A DNA stretch of 62,733 nucleotides, filler included, from Kipferlia bialata (taxonomy: Eukaryota), in the NCBI GenBank assembly GCA_003568945.1. It is 4 parts of 4 records of this genome, joined end to end, with 100 filler letters (N's around TTAATTAATTAA, not from the genome) between each part and the next. Parts side by side here need not be neighbours in the genome. Positions count along the whole stretch, not along the records: positions 23,372 to 46,584 come from BDIP01000265.1; positions 46,685 to 55,990 come from BDIP01000321.1; 2 more parts are not named here. One strand, given 5' to 3'. The position numbers were made by a program, and so were the translations under genes. Below, one piece after another: positions 36,101 through 48,634 of the stretch (the first letter of the stretch is position 1; each line of letters starts with the position of its first letter). The notes below the pieces were generated by a model, which saw nothing but the letters and a program-made list of their open reading frames with translations, did not search any database and had not been told where the DNA came from.

Positions 36101-37759
36101 ATATATATTCAATTAGTATATGTGTACTAAGACCCTCACCTCTAGGACCATGACCGCTGCTGCCAAGGACCTTGTGGCCTTTGGATTCGTGTTCATAGTG
36201 GTGTTCCTAGGGTAAGAAGAGTGTTTTGCGGGTTTAGTGTCGTAGCTGCCTAATTGTATTACTGTATGACACAGGAACATTTCACTATATGCACTATCTA
36301 ACTCCCCAGCTTTGGCATGGCAGGTCATGTTGTGTATGGGGGTGACATGTTTGAGTTCAGCAACATGGGGCAGACAATGCTCTTACTCTTTAGGTACTGT
36401 TCTGTATACATACACATATATACAAGATATATATACTATGTAGACTATTCAGTGTGACATGTTTGAGTTCAGTAACATGGGGCAGACAATGCTACTGTTG
36501 TTTAGGTACAATATAGTATTTATATACTATATATGTATATGCATAGGATATACTATACATAGTGTATCCAGTATGACATGTTTAAGTTCAGCAACATGGG
36601 GCAGACGATGCTACTGTTGTTTAGGTATCTTAGTATGTGTATACATGCTATACATGTCTTTGTGTAGTGTATATTAATCTATGTATCCACTCTGACATGT
36701 TTGAGTTCAGCAACATGGGGCAGACAATGTATCGGAATACTCCCATGTACCAGTCCCTCCCCCATTTGTGTAGTAGCCATTAATTATAGTCTGTTTCAAC
36801 AGCTTGTCACTTTTCCATAATATCTCACTTTCCAGGTGGATCTGTGGCGACTTTGACTTTATGGAGATGTACTGGAGACACAGGGTGTTCACGTGCATCT
36901 ACTTTGTATCCTTCATGTCCCTGTGCTATCTGCTGCTCCTGAATATGCTGGTGGCCATATTGATTGACGCATTCACAGAGGTATGTGGGGTGATGTAGAG
37001 AAATGCTGTTCTGCTGTTATGTATATTGTGTCGATTATTCCCTACATACCTCACTCCAGGTCAGAAAGAACCCAACCTTCAAGAGAGACAATATGCTGAA
37101 ATTGGCCAGCGCAATTGTGAGGTACGCCAATCTTCTTATATGGGTGAAAACTACATTGTATACGACTTGTTAACACTCTCTAACCCGATAGGCAGAAGCT
37201 GGTACGGACCTTGACCATCAATGGCAGAATTGGAACATCAGGTTCGTAATATCAGAAAGCACCACCATTCTCATTTTGTTTACTACTTCTATTCTCCCCT
37301 TATTTCTCTTTATGTTCTCTTTCCCTTCTCACCCCAGGCCATTCTCGCCCCACCAGCCCCCTAGCGGCTGACCAAGGGTACCCACAGGCAGTGCAGGTAG
37401 GCATATACTGGATATGTCTACTATCTGTTAACTGCAATAGGTATCGTTATTAGGATAGAGAGGACTGTCTGATGCTCACTCTTCAGGTTGCGGACTCCGA
37501 CGCCCCCGAGTTGACAGAGACTGACACATCAAGTGAGAGTGAGACAGACACCTCCACCCACACCCACACCCACTCAGGTGACATGTCCTCTATCAATGAC
37601 AGACTGGCAGGGCTGGAGGTGTCGCTATCTCTCCTCCTAGCGTCCAATGCATCCCTGACAGCTGCTATGGATAGAATGGTGCAGAGGGAGAGAAAGAGGG
37701 AGAGGGAGAGGGAGGAGAGGGAGGTAGAAGCAAGAGAGTTGCCTCCAGACACACAGTGA
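30131..37759 (+). CDS. PKD2: Polycystin-2 (TRPP) family cation channel, >20 exons
   Basis: TOP-domain motifs IFGGLRLRQ|VR, YPGSGYVVDIP and LWLDESSRLSVLDLTLYNP. Channel motifs DIWNLVDW, LSILT|RTMTAAAKDLVAFGFVF, FGMAGHVVYG, GDFDF (pore) and LLLLNMLVAILIDAFTEV, then a C-terminal coiled coil. Confidence 0.92.
31180..36735 (+). repeat. Cluster of intronic partial exon copies (echoes)
   Basis: Examples: gctatgccctgcac x4 (31953-32280), gtggcagagcg...aag x4 (32990-33357), tgacatgttt.agttcag.aacatggggcagac x4 (36343-36730). Confidence 0.9.
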
Positions 37760-38069
37760 AGCGAAGAGGTTTCTGCCTGGGAGGCATTGTGGAGACTACT
37801 TGGAGGTATCGGTTGTATATATTTTTTACATGCACACATGTCCCGAATATGGTTATATGAGTGCTTACACTCGTTATGGGTTGTCGGGCTGTGCCAATAG
37901 ATTTGATAAGAGATATGTGATCAAGCAAAGGTGGTGATCACTGATCACTGATCTTGACAAAGATGAATGATACCGTCAACGTATACAGTGTATACTAGAT
38001 AGACTCACGTACTGAACTATTCAATTTGACAAATAGATATCTGCAACTCCCTCAGACTAGTGTCCTCAC

Positions 38070-41000
38070 ATGAATATGGATGGGGTCAAAGTGGAGAGAG
38101 CGTCCATAGAGTTGGAGGTTGGGAATGCTGCAAGGCGCCTTCTCCTTCACCACTTGCTACTGACAGTGATTGACAGGTACGTTGGCAAACGTTCAAGTGA
38201 CTGTAAACAAAACCCATGAATGTAACTCTATATGATCGTGTATATACATTCAAGTAACCCCAGTAGTATAGCATCATATGCGCCCCCTCGCCAGGCTGTT
38301 ACAGAGGGATGGTTTTGACGTGTCCAGTCTGAGTGATGACACTAGGGCACAGACACAGAGAGCAGGGAGACAGCTGTGAGTTACATATATTGATTGTTTA
38401 TACATAGGCTTTCACCTCTAGATAGCACTGCTATCATAGCAGTGACTCCTTGTTCTATTATATATACACTACTTGGTGCCTGTGCTTTACTCCAGTCGTC
38501 TACACTATCACTGGAGTCTCTTTGCCCTTCTTCTGACCTCTCTCTCCTTCGGTCTCCCTGTCTTCAGTATGAAGGCATACATCATGGGAGTGTCAGAGAA
38601 GGTACGGTCTGTCTCATCCAATCTCATTGTCCTGTCTCTATCTCTGTCTCTTTGTATCATACACAATACTATATAATGAATTTAGTATCTCTCTTCTCCT
38701 TACCTCCTAGGCACTCCTGTGGGGTGGTGCCCTGGGTGTGTACTCACTGGCACAGTTCACACTGGCACCAGTGGTGGGAAGGTATTGTGTTGTGATGTAA
38801 TCTGTAGACTCTACAGTGTAGTCAAGTACCCTTCACCCTCAGGTTGTCAGATACCAAGGGCCGTGTTCCAGTCATAAGGTAGTGTATATTGTCAGCTCTT
38901 GCTAAAGGTTGTAGCCTACAACCGATTGTGTTCGCAACCATACTTCGATACTCTCACTTATGCACATCCATCAATACCCACCCTAGCAGTGACTCTTGGG
39001 TGAACATCTGTTAACGCACTGTAGTGGGAAATGCCCACAGGGCATATTCTATATGTTTACCAGCTCCACACAACTACCCTACCCTAGGCTCTGTCTTTTA
39101 GTCTCTATCCTTGGCTGTCTTGCCCAGGCATGGGCACCTAATGTCATTGGCATGTACCTCACTAGGTGAGATGATCTTCTGGAGATTACTCTACGCGATC
39201 TGGCTCTACACGATAGAACCTCTCACATTGTGTTCCGCATATATATCAGTGTCTCACGGTGAGACTCTCACCTTAGGATTATCACTGGTGCGGGTGCGTC
39301 AGTGTCAGGTGTCCTCAAAGCCTCGGTCATAGATGTATGCCCACTCAGACTCAGGTATCATATTTCATATTTCTTTACAACCATGGTATACCTGAAATGC
39401 ACTCTAGTTCTCTCACATATAGACACCGGGTCACAGCTCGCATCGGCCTCTGCACATCAGTTGGTGCCATTGCAGGGCCACTGGTAGGGATGGTCACGGG
39501 GAACAGATACGAAGGTTAACATGATCAACTAAAACCTACAGTCTCTGTCACACTGTGAGTCACAGTACTGGTCATCCCTATATCCTTGTGGGATGCGCCT
39601 CATTTCCAGGCAATGACTTATGGCTCTGTTCCATGATTCCTCTATCCATGTACATCCTCTGCCTGTCCCTGTCTGTCCCCCTTCTGATGGAGTCATCACC
39701 CAAGGCAGTGATGCAGAGGCTGTTCATAGTCTTGCAGGTAGAGATATTTGTATTCTACATGCTATATATAGATATATAGCCACAAGAGAATACACCCCAC
39801 TGTTCTTTGGAGTGTAGCTATAACAGTCAACTAACACCGCCAGAGACTGGAGAACAGAGGCTACACTGCCAATGTGAGTCAGAGTGAGATTGCTCTGAAG
39901 AACAGACTCTGGGGTATCCTGAAGGTAATGTGATACACCCACATACCGTTCTTTCTCTTACGCATACATTCAGGGACTCTCTCTCATTCCATACACTGTA
40001 CAGTACAAGTAGATATGTTCTCACATCAGGAGAAGCGCCGCAGACACCGTGACAAGCAGATGGGCCAGTCTGTGTACAGTGCATCCAGCATATACACCAG
40101 TGCCACTGGTATCATCAGTAGACACCCTGCCCTGGTGCCACTTGGGGTGTCATGTCTATTGAACTCACTCACATTCACAGGCATGGAAGAAAGAGACTGA
40201 ACCTTCACTGTCTCCAATTCATGCTATATTTGGTTCTAACCCTAGGCGTGATTGCCACTGTGTACCACCTGTTTGAGTTGAAGTTGGCAGAGATCCAAAA
40301 CCTGATAGGCCTGACACTGGTTGTGATGATTGTCGGTGTACTACTGGGTGCCGTTGCATCCTCAAGAGTTGTCAAGATATCTACTCCGGCGAGGGTGGCT
40401 AGTGTGGGGCTGGTTACTCTGTCGACAGGGGTGGTCATGCTAGGGCTCCCGACGACAGACCAGGTGTGTTACCTCTCTATCTCTTCCCTACTGATACTAC
40501 CTGGAGACCAGTGTGCTCATCTCAGGCTACCCTTATCCTCTGTGGTGCACTGCTGTGTGGTGTTGGTACTGGGGTGTCCAGCCCCATGTACAATGCCATA
40601 TACTCAATGCAGGTATTGTATGTACACTTAGACACTGAGTAATACTCATTGAGTATGTATAGCAACATACTTCAATACTGACTCTTCATAGAATTACTAC
40701 GCTTAGTACTATACAATGAGTATTGGTCACATCCAACCCCAGGGTGAGGAGGATGAGCGTGGTCTGGTCCTTGGTATGTACGGTACAGTCAAGGGACTTG
40801 GGTCCGCACTGGCTCCTGTCATAGCTGGCATCCTGTTTGATATAATGGAGGTTAGAAACTCTAGCAACAAGTAGCTAGGAGTGTTATAGATACTCTATTA
40901 TCAGAGAGCCTTTACTCTCTTTTGACACTCAGGGTGGCACTGTCCTTTATGTCTTCCTGTCTGTTGCCAACATCACTGCAGCATGTCTATTGAGATACAC

Positions 41001-41546
41001 ATCGGCATCCAAGGCAGTGCCCAGTGACTGTCCAGACTCCATACTCTCTATGGAGAAACAGCCAGAGAGGGAGAGAGAGGGTGTAGCGTCAGAGAGAGAG
41101 AAGGGTGGCAAGAAGGTGTCAGACTGTGTTGAAGTGAGAGTCAGCAGTGAGGCAGAGGAGGAGGAGGAGGGGAGGCAGATGAGTAACCCAAGTGGGGCAG
41201 CAAGGTATGTCACCTTACAACACGTCTATACAGCAATATGACAACTATATAGTATATTTGTTTGGTGATTGATTTACATCGTCCTGACCCTAGGAACAGA
41301 GGCTACCCCCCTCACCTGTGGAGCCCATCCAGACACACATCGGGTAAGGACAGAACAATGTTACATGTCTTAAATGTTTTTACCATGTATGCATGGATGA
41401 GTATTCAGGATTTACAGTCTACGTCATATACAGTATATGATATATATGTACTGATGACAGGCAAGGGCCCGGCCAAGAGAGAGAGTGCAGATGTGGATAC
41501 CACACTCCACGAGAGGGAGGCTGTTCCACCAGTCATAGAGGTGTAG
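38070..41546 (+). CDS. Major facilitator superfamily transporter (DHA1/TetA-like), multi-exon
   Basis: GVYSLAQFTLAPVVG|RLSDTKGRVPVI (MFS motif A), RIITGAGASV, GLCTSVGAIAGPLVG (motif C) and ERGLVLGMYGTVKGLGSALAPVIAGILFD. Confidence 0.88.
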
Positions 41547-41797
41547 CGACTATCTACTAGAGAGTCACTGACTGGTAGGCACTGTTACACTCTAGGATAC
41601 ATCGTACTCAGGTGAATAGTATTCACTGAATACTCAACAACCCGGCAATGAATAGAACATACGACAAGTGAGGAGAGTAAACGTCTCAGAAGCAGTAAAT
41701 GGTTTTGAACCTTTCCAGTGTAATTCGCGTTAGATAGCTGTATGCCTAAAATGAAGATCTACTAAGAGATCTTAATATACCCTCAATTTGGACAAAA

Positions 41798-41841
41798 ACC
41801 TTGAATGGGTAACTTCATACCTTGAATGGGTAACTTCATAC
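41798..41841. repeat. 21-bp perfect tandem duplication (intergenic)
   Basis: accttgaatgggtaacttcat twice. Confidence 0.9.
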
Positions 41842-42498
41842 TATCTTCTCTCTACCATCTCTTCATCCCACTTAGCATTGTCTGCCTCCAGTGAACCTCG
41901 CCCACATACAGAGGTGAGATACGTGGTGAGATGTGAGGTCTCTAATACAGCTATTTCAAGTATCTCAGACCGAGTGTCAGTCTTTCCTGAGTTATCATTC
42001 ACAGTTGCATATATACATACATACGGTAGTATCGGTGTATGTCAACACATGACTCATATGATGATATATTTGATGGGTTTAGATATACTCAATATGCATA
42101 TCTCCCCCCCCCCCCGTATATCCCCATGGTTGGTAAGGAGTGCAATTGCCTCTCTCTCTCCGTCTACGTGTGCTATCAACAGAAGACACTACCTATATGT
42201 GGTCCAACTTGGAGTAGCATTGTATTATCTTCCGTTTCAAGGAGTCAGACTGCAATCCTCCCCCCCCACCCCCCCCGCTTCATTCTATATGTGTGTATCA
42301 TAGATATATCTCTCTCTTTGCTCACTCTCCCTTAGCGCCTTACCGCAATTGAATTTGTAACATACATCCAAATATATATTGGAGGTCTTCCCAATGGGAC
42401 AATGTTACCATATTCCCCCCCCCCCCCACCCTACCTTTCCATAGAACTCCGCTTGGAAATAGATACTAACGCTATACCCCGTACTCATTCCACAGGCT

Positions 42499-43476
42499 AT
42501 GGAACAACTTCCCCTTTGGTTTACCAAGAGTCTCCGGATACCCTTCGATGTGTACCCCTTCCCCCACGGATGCATAAGAACAGGGCACAATGAGGTGTTG
42601 GTAGAGACACACGATAGCAAGGGGAGGCTTGCGCTAGCCCTGGTACGCCTACTCTCAGATGGCTCCATCGAGAGGGACATCATTAATACGCCTGACTGGG
42701 GGTTTAAGACGTCCGTGTGCAGTGGGGTCTGTCACGGAGGGGAGGTATATATATACACAAACAGACCTGGGTTTGACGTGTATGTCCTCGACCTGGCTAC
42801 ACACACTTGGAGGGAGGTGTGTGTTCCACTGTCTGTCAACGGGAGAGAGATTTGTCTCTTCGGGGGGAAACACCAGCGCCCCCACATGATCAGTGTAGAT
42901 GAGCACGTTGTGATAGTTGCACACGGATACACTCGCCACCCAAGCGGAGTATGGGACCCACCTCTAGTTGGTACCTGGCGCTATGACCCGGAGTCTGGTA
43001 CTGTCACGTGCACAGGACACACAACATGGTGTACCAACTATACTTGCATCGATGCTGTCTTCCACACTGGTGGGTCTACCTACGCTGTTATGCACGACGG
43101 TGATGAGAGTAGCGAGTTGCGCATGACTAGCTGTGACTCCAAGTGGAGACCCGCTAGCCAATCTCCAGAGTGCATTACACGCAGACTGACTGGTGAGTAT
43201 CCTGTGAGTGAGATGATTGGAAGGCTCTGTGTATATGGTCCAGTTGAGACTGTCTCATTTGAATCGTATGAGAAGGTGGTACTGGCATGGGACTCTGTAT
43301 CTGGCCAGTGGAGTGTACTAGGGGTAGCAGACTGGTACAGAACAGTACTGTTCTCTCCCCAAGAGGTACTGTGGAGTGAGGATGGGGGCAATAGGTCAAT
43401 TGTGCGCCATCTGCATCAGGGCATTGTGTGCCCAGACGACTCGATGGGGTGGGCAGTGGTGAGGGACTGCAAGTGA
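42499..43476 (+). CDS. Intronless divergent Kelch/beta-propeller protein, 325 aa (paralog of 23546-24544)
   Basis: Shares LPLW, TGHNEVLV, LALVRLLS.GSI, CSGVC.GGEVYIY, LDLATHTWR and WRYDPE with the 23.5-kb ORF. Confidence 0.8.
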   Translation: MEQLPLWFTKSLRIPFDVYPFPHGCIRTGHNEVLVETHDSKGRLALALVRLLSDGSIERDIINTPDWGFKTSVCSGVCHGGEVYIYTNRPGFDVYVLDLATHTWREVCVPLSVNGREICLFGGKHQRPHMISVDEHVVIVAHGYTRHPSGVWDPPLVGTWRYDPESGTVTCTGHTTWCTNYTCIDAVFHTGGSTYAVMHDGDESSELRMTSCDSKWRPASQSPECITRRLTGEYPVSEMIGRLCVYGPVETVSFESYEKVVLAWDSVSGQWSVLGVADWYRTVLFSPQEVLWSEDGGNRSIVRHLHQGIVCPDDSMGWAVVRDCK

Positions 43477-43796
43477 CACAGTGTATTACAGGCACTGGCT
43501 ATAGATATGGATTGTGTATAATAGACACCGCATACGACTCTGTATGTTGAGAAGTTGTGAGAGCATTCAATTCTTCCGGTATGAACAATAGTTGAACATA
43601 CTATGGAACCTTCATGAATACAGTGAGACTATAGTTAGATTAGATTTTAGAGAATAAGTACTTACATGTGAGTGGTCTGATCCATATACTAGGCTCTCGC
43701 CTATGGTACTGATATATGTCTATTAATCCACCTACAAATCATTAGTCTTCACGTATGTCTAGCCATCACACAGGCAGCCTGTGCGCTATCCCTCCA

Positions 43797-46449
43797 CTAC
43801 AGTCCCTCTGGGAGCACAGACTCTCCCCTCACCTCAGACCAGGCCCTCTTGCCTGGGGCAGAGTAGAGGTTGGCCTTGACCATATCTCCCAACAGCAGAG
43901 AGTTGTCACCCTCTAGGACTGCAGTAAGGGTGGAAGCAGCTCCCTCAAGCTTGCCCACTGTGTCTCTGGGGGTGAGAGTTGTATTGTGGCCAGAGAATGA
44001 TTAGTAGTCCAGTACAACATTAAGCGTCATGTTGTCAAAGAATGATTAGACACTCGGAAGAGTGACCTAGACGGACCTTAGTCTCTGGATGCGTCTCTTG
44101 TCCCCCTGTGTCATCTTGAAGACACCCTCCAGGGCAGTGTCGCTCATGGACTCTAGGCGCTTGGTGAAGGCAGCCTGGGATGAGTGGATAGCAATACATA
44201 CCATTCGGACACAGCGAAAGAAGACAATGGACACACAAGGCAGCCACCAATACACTAGTATCAAGTACCTGTAGCACCCGTGTTGTCTTGGAGTGGTCCA
44301 TACAGGCCATGGTGATGAAGTGCTGGGGTATCATGTCGGCAAGCTTCTTGCCCATGGTCTTGATGTAGGCAGCGATGGTGAAGGCGGCCTGGGGTGAATG
44401 TCAGCAAGCACATACTACTAAGAGGGACACAACGAGACATCAGTGGAAATATTGGTGAGAGAGTATCGTGAAAGTAAGATGAATGTATATACCTGGTGGG
44501 CATGTAGCTCCTCACAGCTCATGATGGCGAGAGCATCAGCAATGGAGGTCTGACAAGACTCCATAGTGTTGAGGACGTTCACCTCCTTTTCACCCATAGT
44601 CTTCTTGGTACAGAAGTCTTCCCCGTTTAAGGCTACCTTAGACGCAATGTACTGTGTCAGCTGCTTCCAGGCGGTCTGGGGCATGTAGTGGTTGAATGTC
44701 AGCTGGAGGACAGCGTCACACTGCAGCATGGAGCCTGAGATAAGGAATAGAGTCAATATCTACATACTGAAGTAGAGTTTGGAATACCTGTAGTTGTCTT
44801 GGCTGCACCAAAGGTCTCGTTGAGAAACCCGTCTATGATCCCTTCACTCCATGCCTGGGGCGCAGTGTCTCCAAACACCTCTAAATGCCTCTTCTTGCAG
44901 CGCCTAGAGATTGCACCTTGGGCCAAAGCAACAAACCTCTCAAAGTGTGGCTTGATGTGTCCCAGCGTGACCTCCACAGCAACAGCAAGGACATCAGGCG
45001 AGATGAAGCCTGGAACATCCAGACCACGAGAGTTGCTGATGATCTTGGCAATGGTAGCGACAAAGTGATCTGGTACCGGGCCATCCTCTCCTTCTTGGTG
45101 ACCCACTGACCCAGTATCAGACGCTGCAATGTCAAGGTCGTCTGCCTTGAAGCAGTTCTCTGGAGTGCAGATGACCCTCACACTTCTGGCGAACTGAGTT
45201 GAGGACTCCATTAGGGTACGTGGCAGGGTGTTGGCACTCCCAAATCTGGCCTGCCTGGTGAAGTCCCCCTCGATAGCGAGTACCAGCCGCTGCACCTGAC
45301 TCATGAGCTTGGTCCTGGCCACCACTGGTGACTGGGTGATGCCCATGAGAGACTCCTCGGCCTTGTGGAGCTCGGCCCTTCTACCAGCGAGAGCAGTCTC
45401 TATGTCTCTGATCACACCGGGCAGTGTGTCCTGGATGCGACTCACAAGGACCTCAGTGAGGCGCCCAGCAAATGCTACGCGACCCAAGGCAGCGCCAGCC
45501 TCACGGGCCATGTCAAATCCAGTGTGGGAGAAGAACTCGGCCTCGATAGTCTCGGCCTTGGCTCTGGTGTGGTCGTCGGAGTTGAGCTCGTCAACGTTGG
45601 GGTTGCGCAGGCAGCAGTATGAGTGCTCGAAGTTGACAGGGCCCTGGTTGGAGAGGATGCCGTATATGTCGAGTTCACGGGAGCAACTGGGGGTGAGATG
45701 GGTACACGACAGAAACACAGCCACTATGTCCAACCGTGAGACTGCCAAGAGTCCATAGGACAGTATATGATATATAACTTGTGACGTACGTGTCTGGCTT
45801 TGTGACAAGAGGGATGGTGCGGACACCCTTGGGGTCGAGGTCAGAGGCGATCTTGAAGGCCTAGGGGTAAGACACTATTGGGAATGAGGCTCGTGGGGAG
45901 ATGGGTGAAGGTGAGAAACAGACATAGTGGGGAAATAGGGGAGGGGAGAGATGGGTGAAGTACAGTATTCCCCACCTCACAGTTCTGGGGGTCTGCGTTG
46001 ACTGGGTACACGGCCAGCATGATGGACCTCTCTCCCTTGCAGTAGTGGTCGATCATGCCCCTGATCTGGTCGTAGATGTTGGAGGGCTAGGGTGAGAGTC
46101 GGTGGGCGGAGGGGAATTGAGAGTAGGGGAGGGGGGAGTGTGTATAGTATACACATATATATTACCCTACCTGGTCCCCAGTTGCCTTTCTGGTGATGCC
46201 TGGGAGGTCGATGATGGTGAGGTCAGGAACATCAGGGGCCTAGGGGGTGAGAGACAGATGGATAGATGGACATACAGGTAGATAGAAATTTGCTGCACCC
46301 AATGATCACTGATCATTGGGCACATCATCTCAATGGTGATCATTGATCTCCATTCATACAAATACTGTACATATACAGAATACACACACCTCAACGTTGA
46401 GAATGATGGGGCAATTGACAACACCACGATTGTTGCCGGCAATCTCCTC
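43797..46449 (-). CDS. Dynamin-family GTPase, Mx-like; 5'-partial (G1/P-loop exons missing at the contig end)
   Basis: EEIAGNNRGVVNCPIILNVE|APDVPDLTIIDLPGITRKATGDQ|PSNIYDQIRGMIDHY...|AFKIASDLDPKGVRTIPLVTKPD (G3 DLPG, G4 TKPD), a helical middle domain and a GED AAYIKTMGKKLADMIP...KRRIQRLRDTVGKLEGA. Confidence 0.9.
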
Positions 46450-46584
46450 CTAGTGTAAGGGAAGACATCTTGGGAGAAGTGGTATATGGGGTATACCAGG
46501 AAGTGGAGTGAAGATAGACTCCTATCACAAGAGTTGTGCCACGGGGGGGGGGGGGGGGGGAAAAAAACCACCAATTTCTCACCA

Positions 46585-46684
46585 NNNNNNNNNNNNNNNN
46601 NNNNNNNNNNNNNNNNNNNNNNNNNNNNTTAATTAATTAANNNNNNNNNNNNNNNNNNNNNNNNNNNNNNNNNNNNNNNNNNNN
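46585..46684. other. Artificial contig linker (N44-TTAATTAATTAA-N44)
   Basis: Same cassette as at 23272. Confidence 0.95.
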
Positions 46685-46737
<53 letters not shown>

Positions 46738-46795
46738 ATTCTGAGAGTGGTACTGATACTGACACCACTGACACTGACACTGACACTGACTTCAG

Positions 46796-48634
46796 GAGCA
46801 CGGTGTCCTGGCCGATGTGCTCGAGGACATCAAGGTATGTATGGGGGGACAGCATGCTGTAGACACTGTGTGTGCATGGACACTGTATGTACAGATGCAA
46901 TGTATATCTACCCCCCCCCCCCCTTCCCCTTATGCCTAGGCGAGGCAGAGGGCAGATGCCCAGGAGGCCAAGGCCATCAGGTCAGAACACGGTGGTCACA
47001 CCCCATCTATTTCATTTGTCCTGTATCCTTAAACCGTTGTCACATTATATATCATATATCATATATCATATGTCACATGTGTCACCGTGGGTGTGTCTGA
47101 CTCCCAGGGCCGAGAGAGACTCCCTCAAGGCCCAGTTCAACACACTCAAGGGAGAGGTAGGGAGAGAGGGGATATATGCATATGTCAACTGTTGTGTCCA
47201 GCATGCCCTATGTTTGTGTCCCCCCCCCCCCCACCCCCAGGCCCAGGCCCTCAAGGCCCAGGCCCTGTCTGTCCAGGCCCAGATAGCCAAGGCCCAGACA
47301 CACCTATCAGACACCCACACAGACCCAGACCCAGGGGCACATGCAGAGGCACAGGCGGAGCTGGACAGGCTGTGTGGGGAGAGAGATGCCCTGACCACAG
47401 AGCATGCCGCAAAGGTGGGTGGGGGTGGCCTTGTCTGTATATGTATGCATGCATATATATATATATATATAGTATACTCTACCGTCTCAGTGTATACTGT
47501 ATAGTCTCTGTATCTCCCATCCCCCACCCTAGGTCAGTGCCCAGAGACAACTTAAGGCCGACATCAGGCAGAATGCAGACAGGCTACAGGCCCTGAAGGC
47601 CAGGGGGGAGACGCTGCTGGAGAACGATGCTGCCTATACACACAAGGTGGAGAGGGAGGAGAGAGAGAGGGTGAGGCGGGAGGAGGCCAAGGACATGAGC
47701 GCTAGGAGGTGGGGGTGCATAGCTAGATATCTGCCATCTCTCTCTCCCTCCCTCCCCCTCTCTCTCATATATACATATGTATGTATTCATGTATATGCAT
47801 ATGCCTCTCTAATCCGAAGGTCTGCCATGCGGCACCGTGCCGAGCAGCACCTGGAGGCCACCACCGTGACCCTGGCCGACTACACTCAGGTGGGGGGCAG
47901 TGGATACTGTACACTATTAACTACAGGTTGAGGTATTGTGATGCAGGCTATAGTAAACATGCACCTCCTCAAATACCTTGTCTGGGGGTTATGTTCTCAT
48001 CATGCACCCATCCCTCAGTCTATACCCATGATACCGACACTGATGGTGATAGTGATAGTGATTGGGGCATTGACACCACTGATGCCTAGGTCCAGACTGC
48101 TGTGCTGTCCTGTCAGGCAGAGGTCAGGGCCCTACTGGAGAGGGACAATAGGTATACCAGGCATACCCATACTCATACCCATACTCATAGTCATACTGAT
48201 ACTGCCTCTGACCCTCAGACTGAGGGCTGAGGCTGCACGGCTCAGGGGACGACTCACAGGACTGGCTGAGGTATACACATATATACATACTGGAATATTT
48301 ACAGTGCACATAGATATACGTGAGAGTACATCATGTATGATACGTGGCCATATATGTATTTTTGTGCACATTGCCTAGCCCCCACCCCCAGCTGCAAGGC
48401 CTACTGGCCAGGGAGGCCACCCTGCGTCATGATGCCTCTATGGCACAGGCACAGACAGAGACAGCACACCGCATACAGGCCCACAAGGACTGTACCAGTC
48501 ATATAGTGCAGGAGACACAGGTGGGGGAGACAGGCCATTGAGCATGATAGGTGATACTCTCACCATACACTGACTGTCAGGTCGTGACGGAGATGAGCAG
48601 TCGGCTGGAGCTGCAGCTGACCCTTAACACATGA
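46796..48634 (+). CDS. Coiled-coil protein, multi-exon, 5'-partial
   Basis: About ten GT-AG exons of heptad-like A/E/Q/R/L-rich sequence (AERDSLKAQFNTLKGE|AQALKAQALSVQAQIAKAQ...|VVTEMSSRLELQLTLNT*). Confidence 0.7.

Noticed and set aside
36454..36505. Echoes as classical mutually exclusive exons
   Set aside because: The copies are partial and generally carry only one splice site. Here the nearest upstream AG would put the copy out of frame.
41788..42303. 171-aa ORF with a duplicated LEWVTSY
   Set aside because: Non-ATG start and non-coding composition; the repeat is just a 21-bp intergenic tandem duplication.
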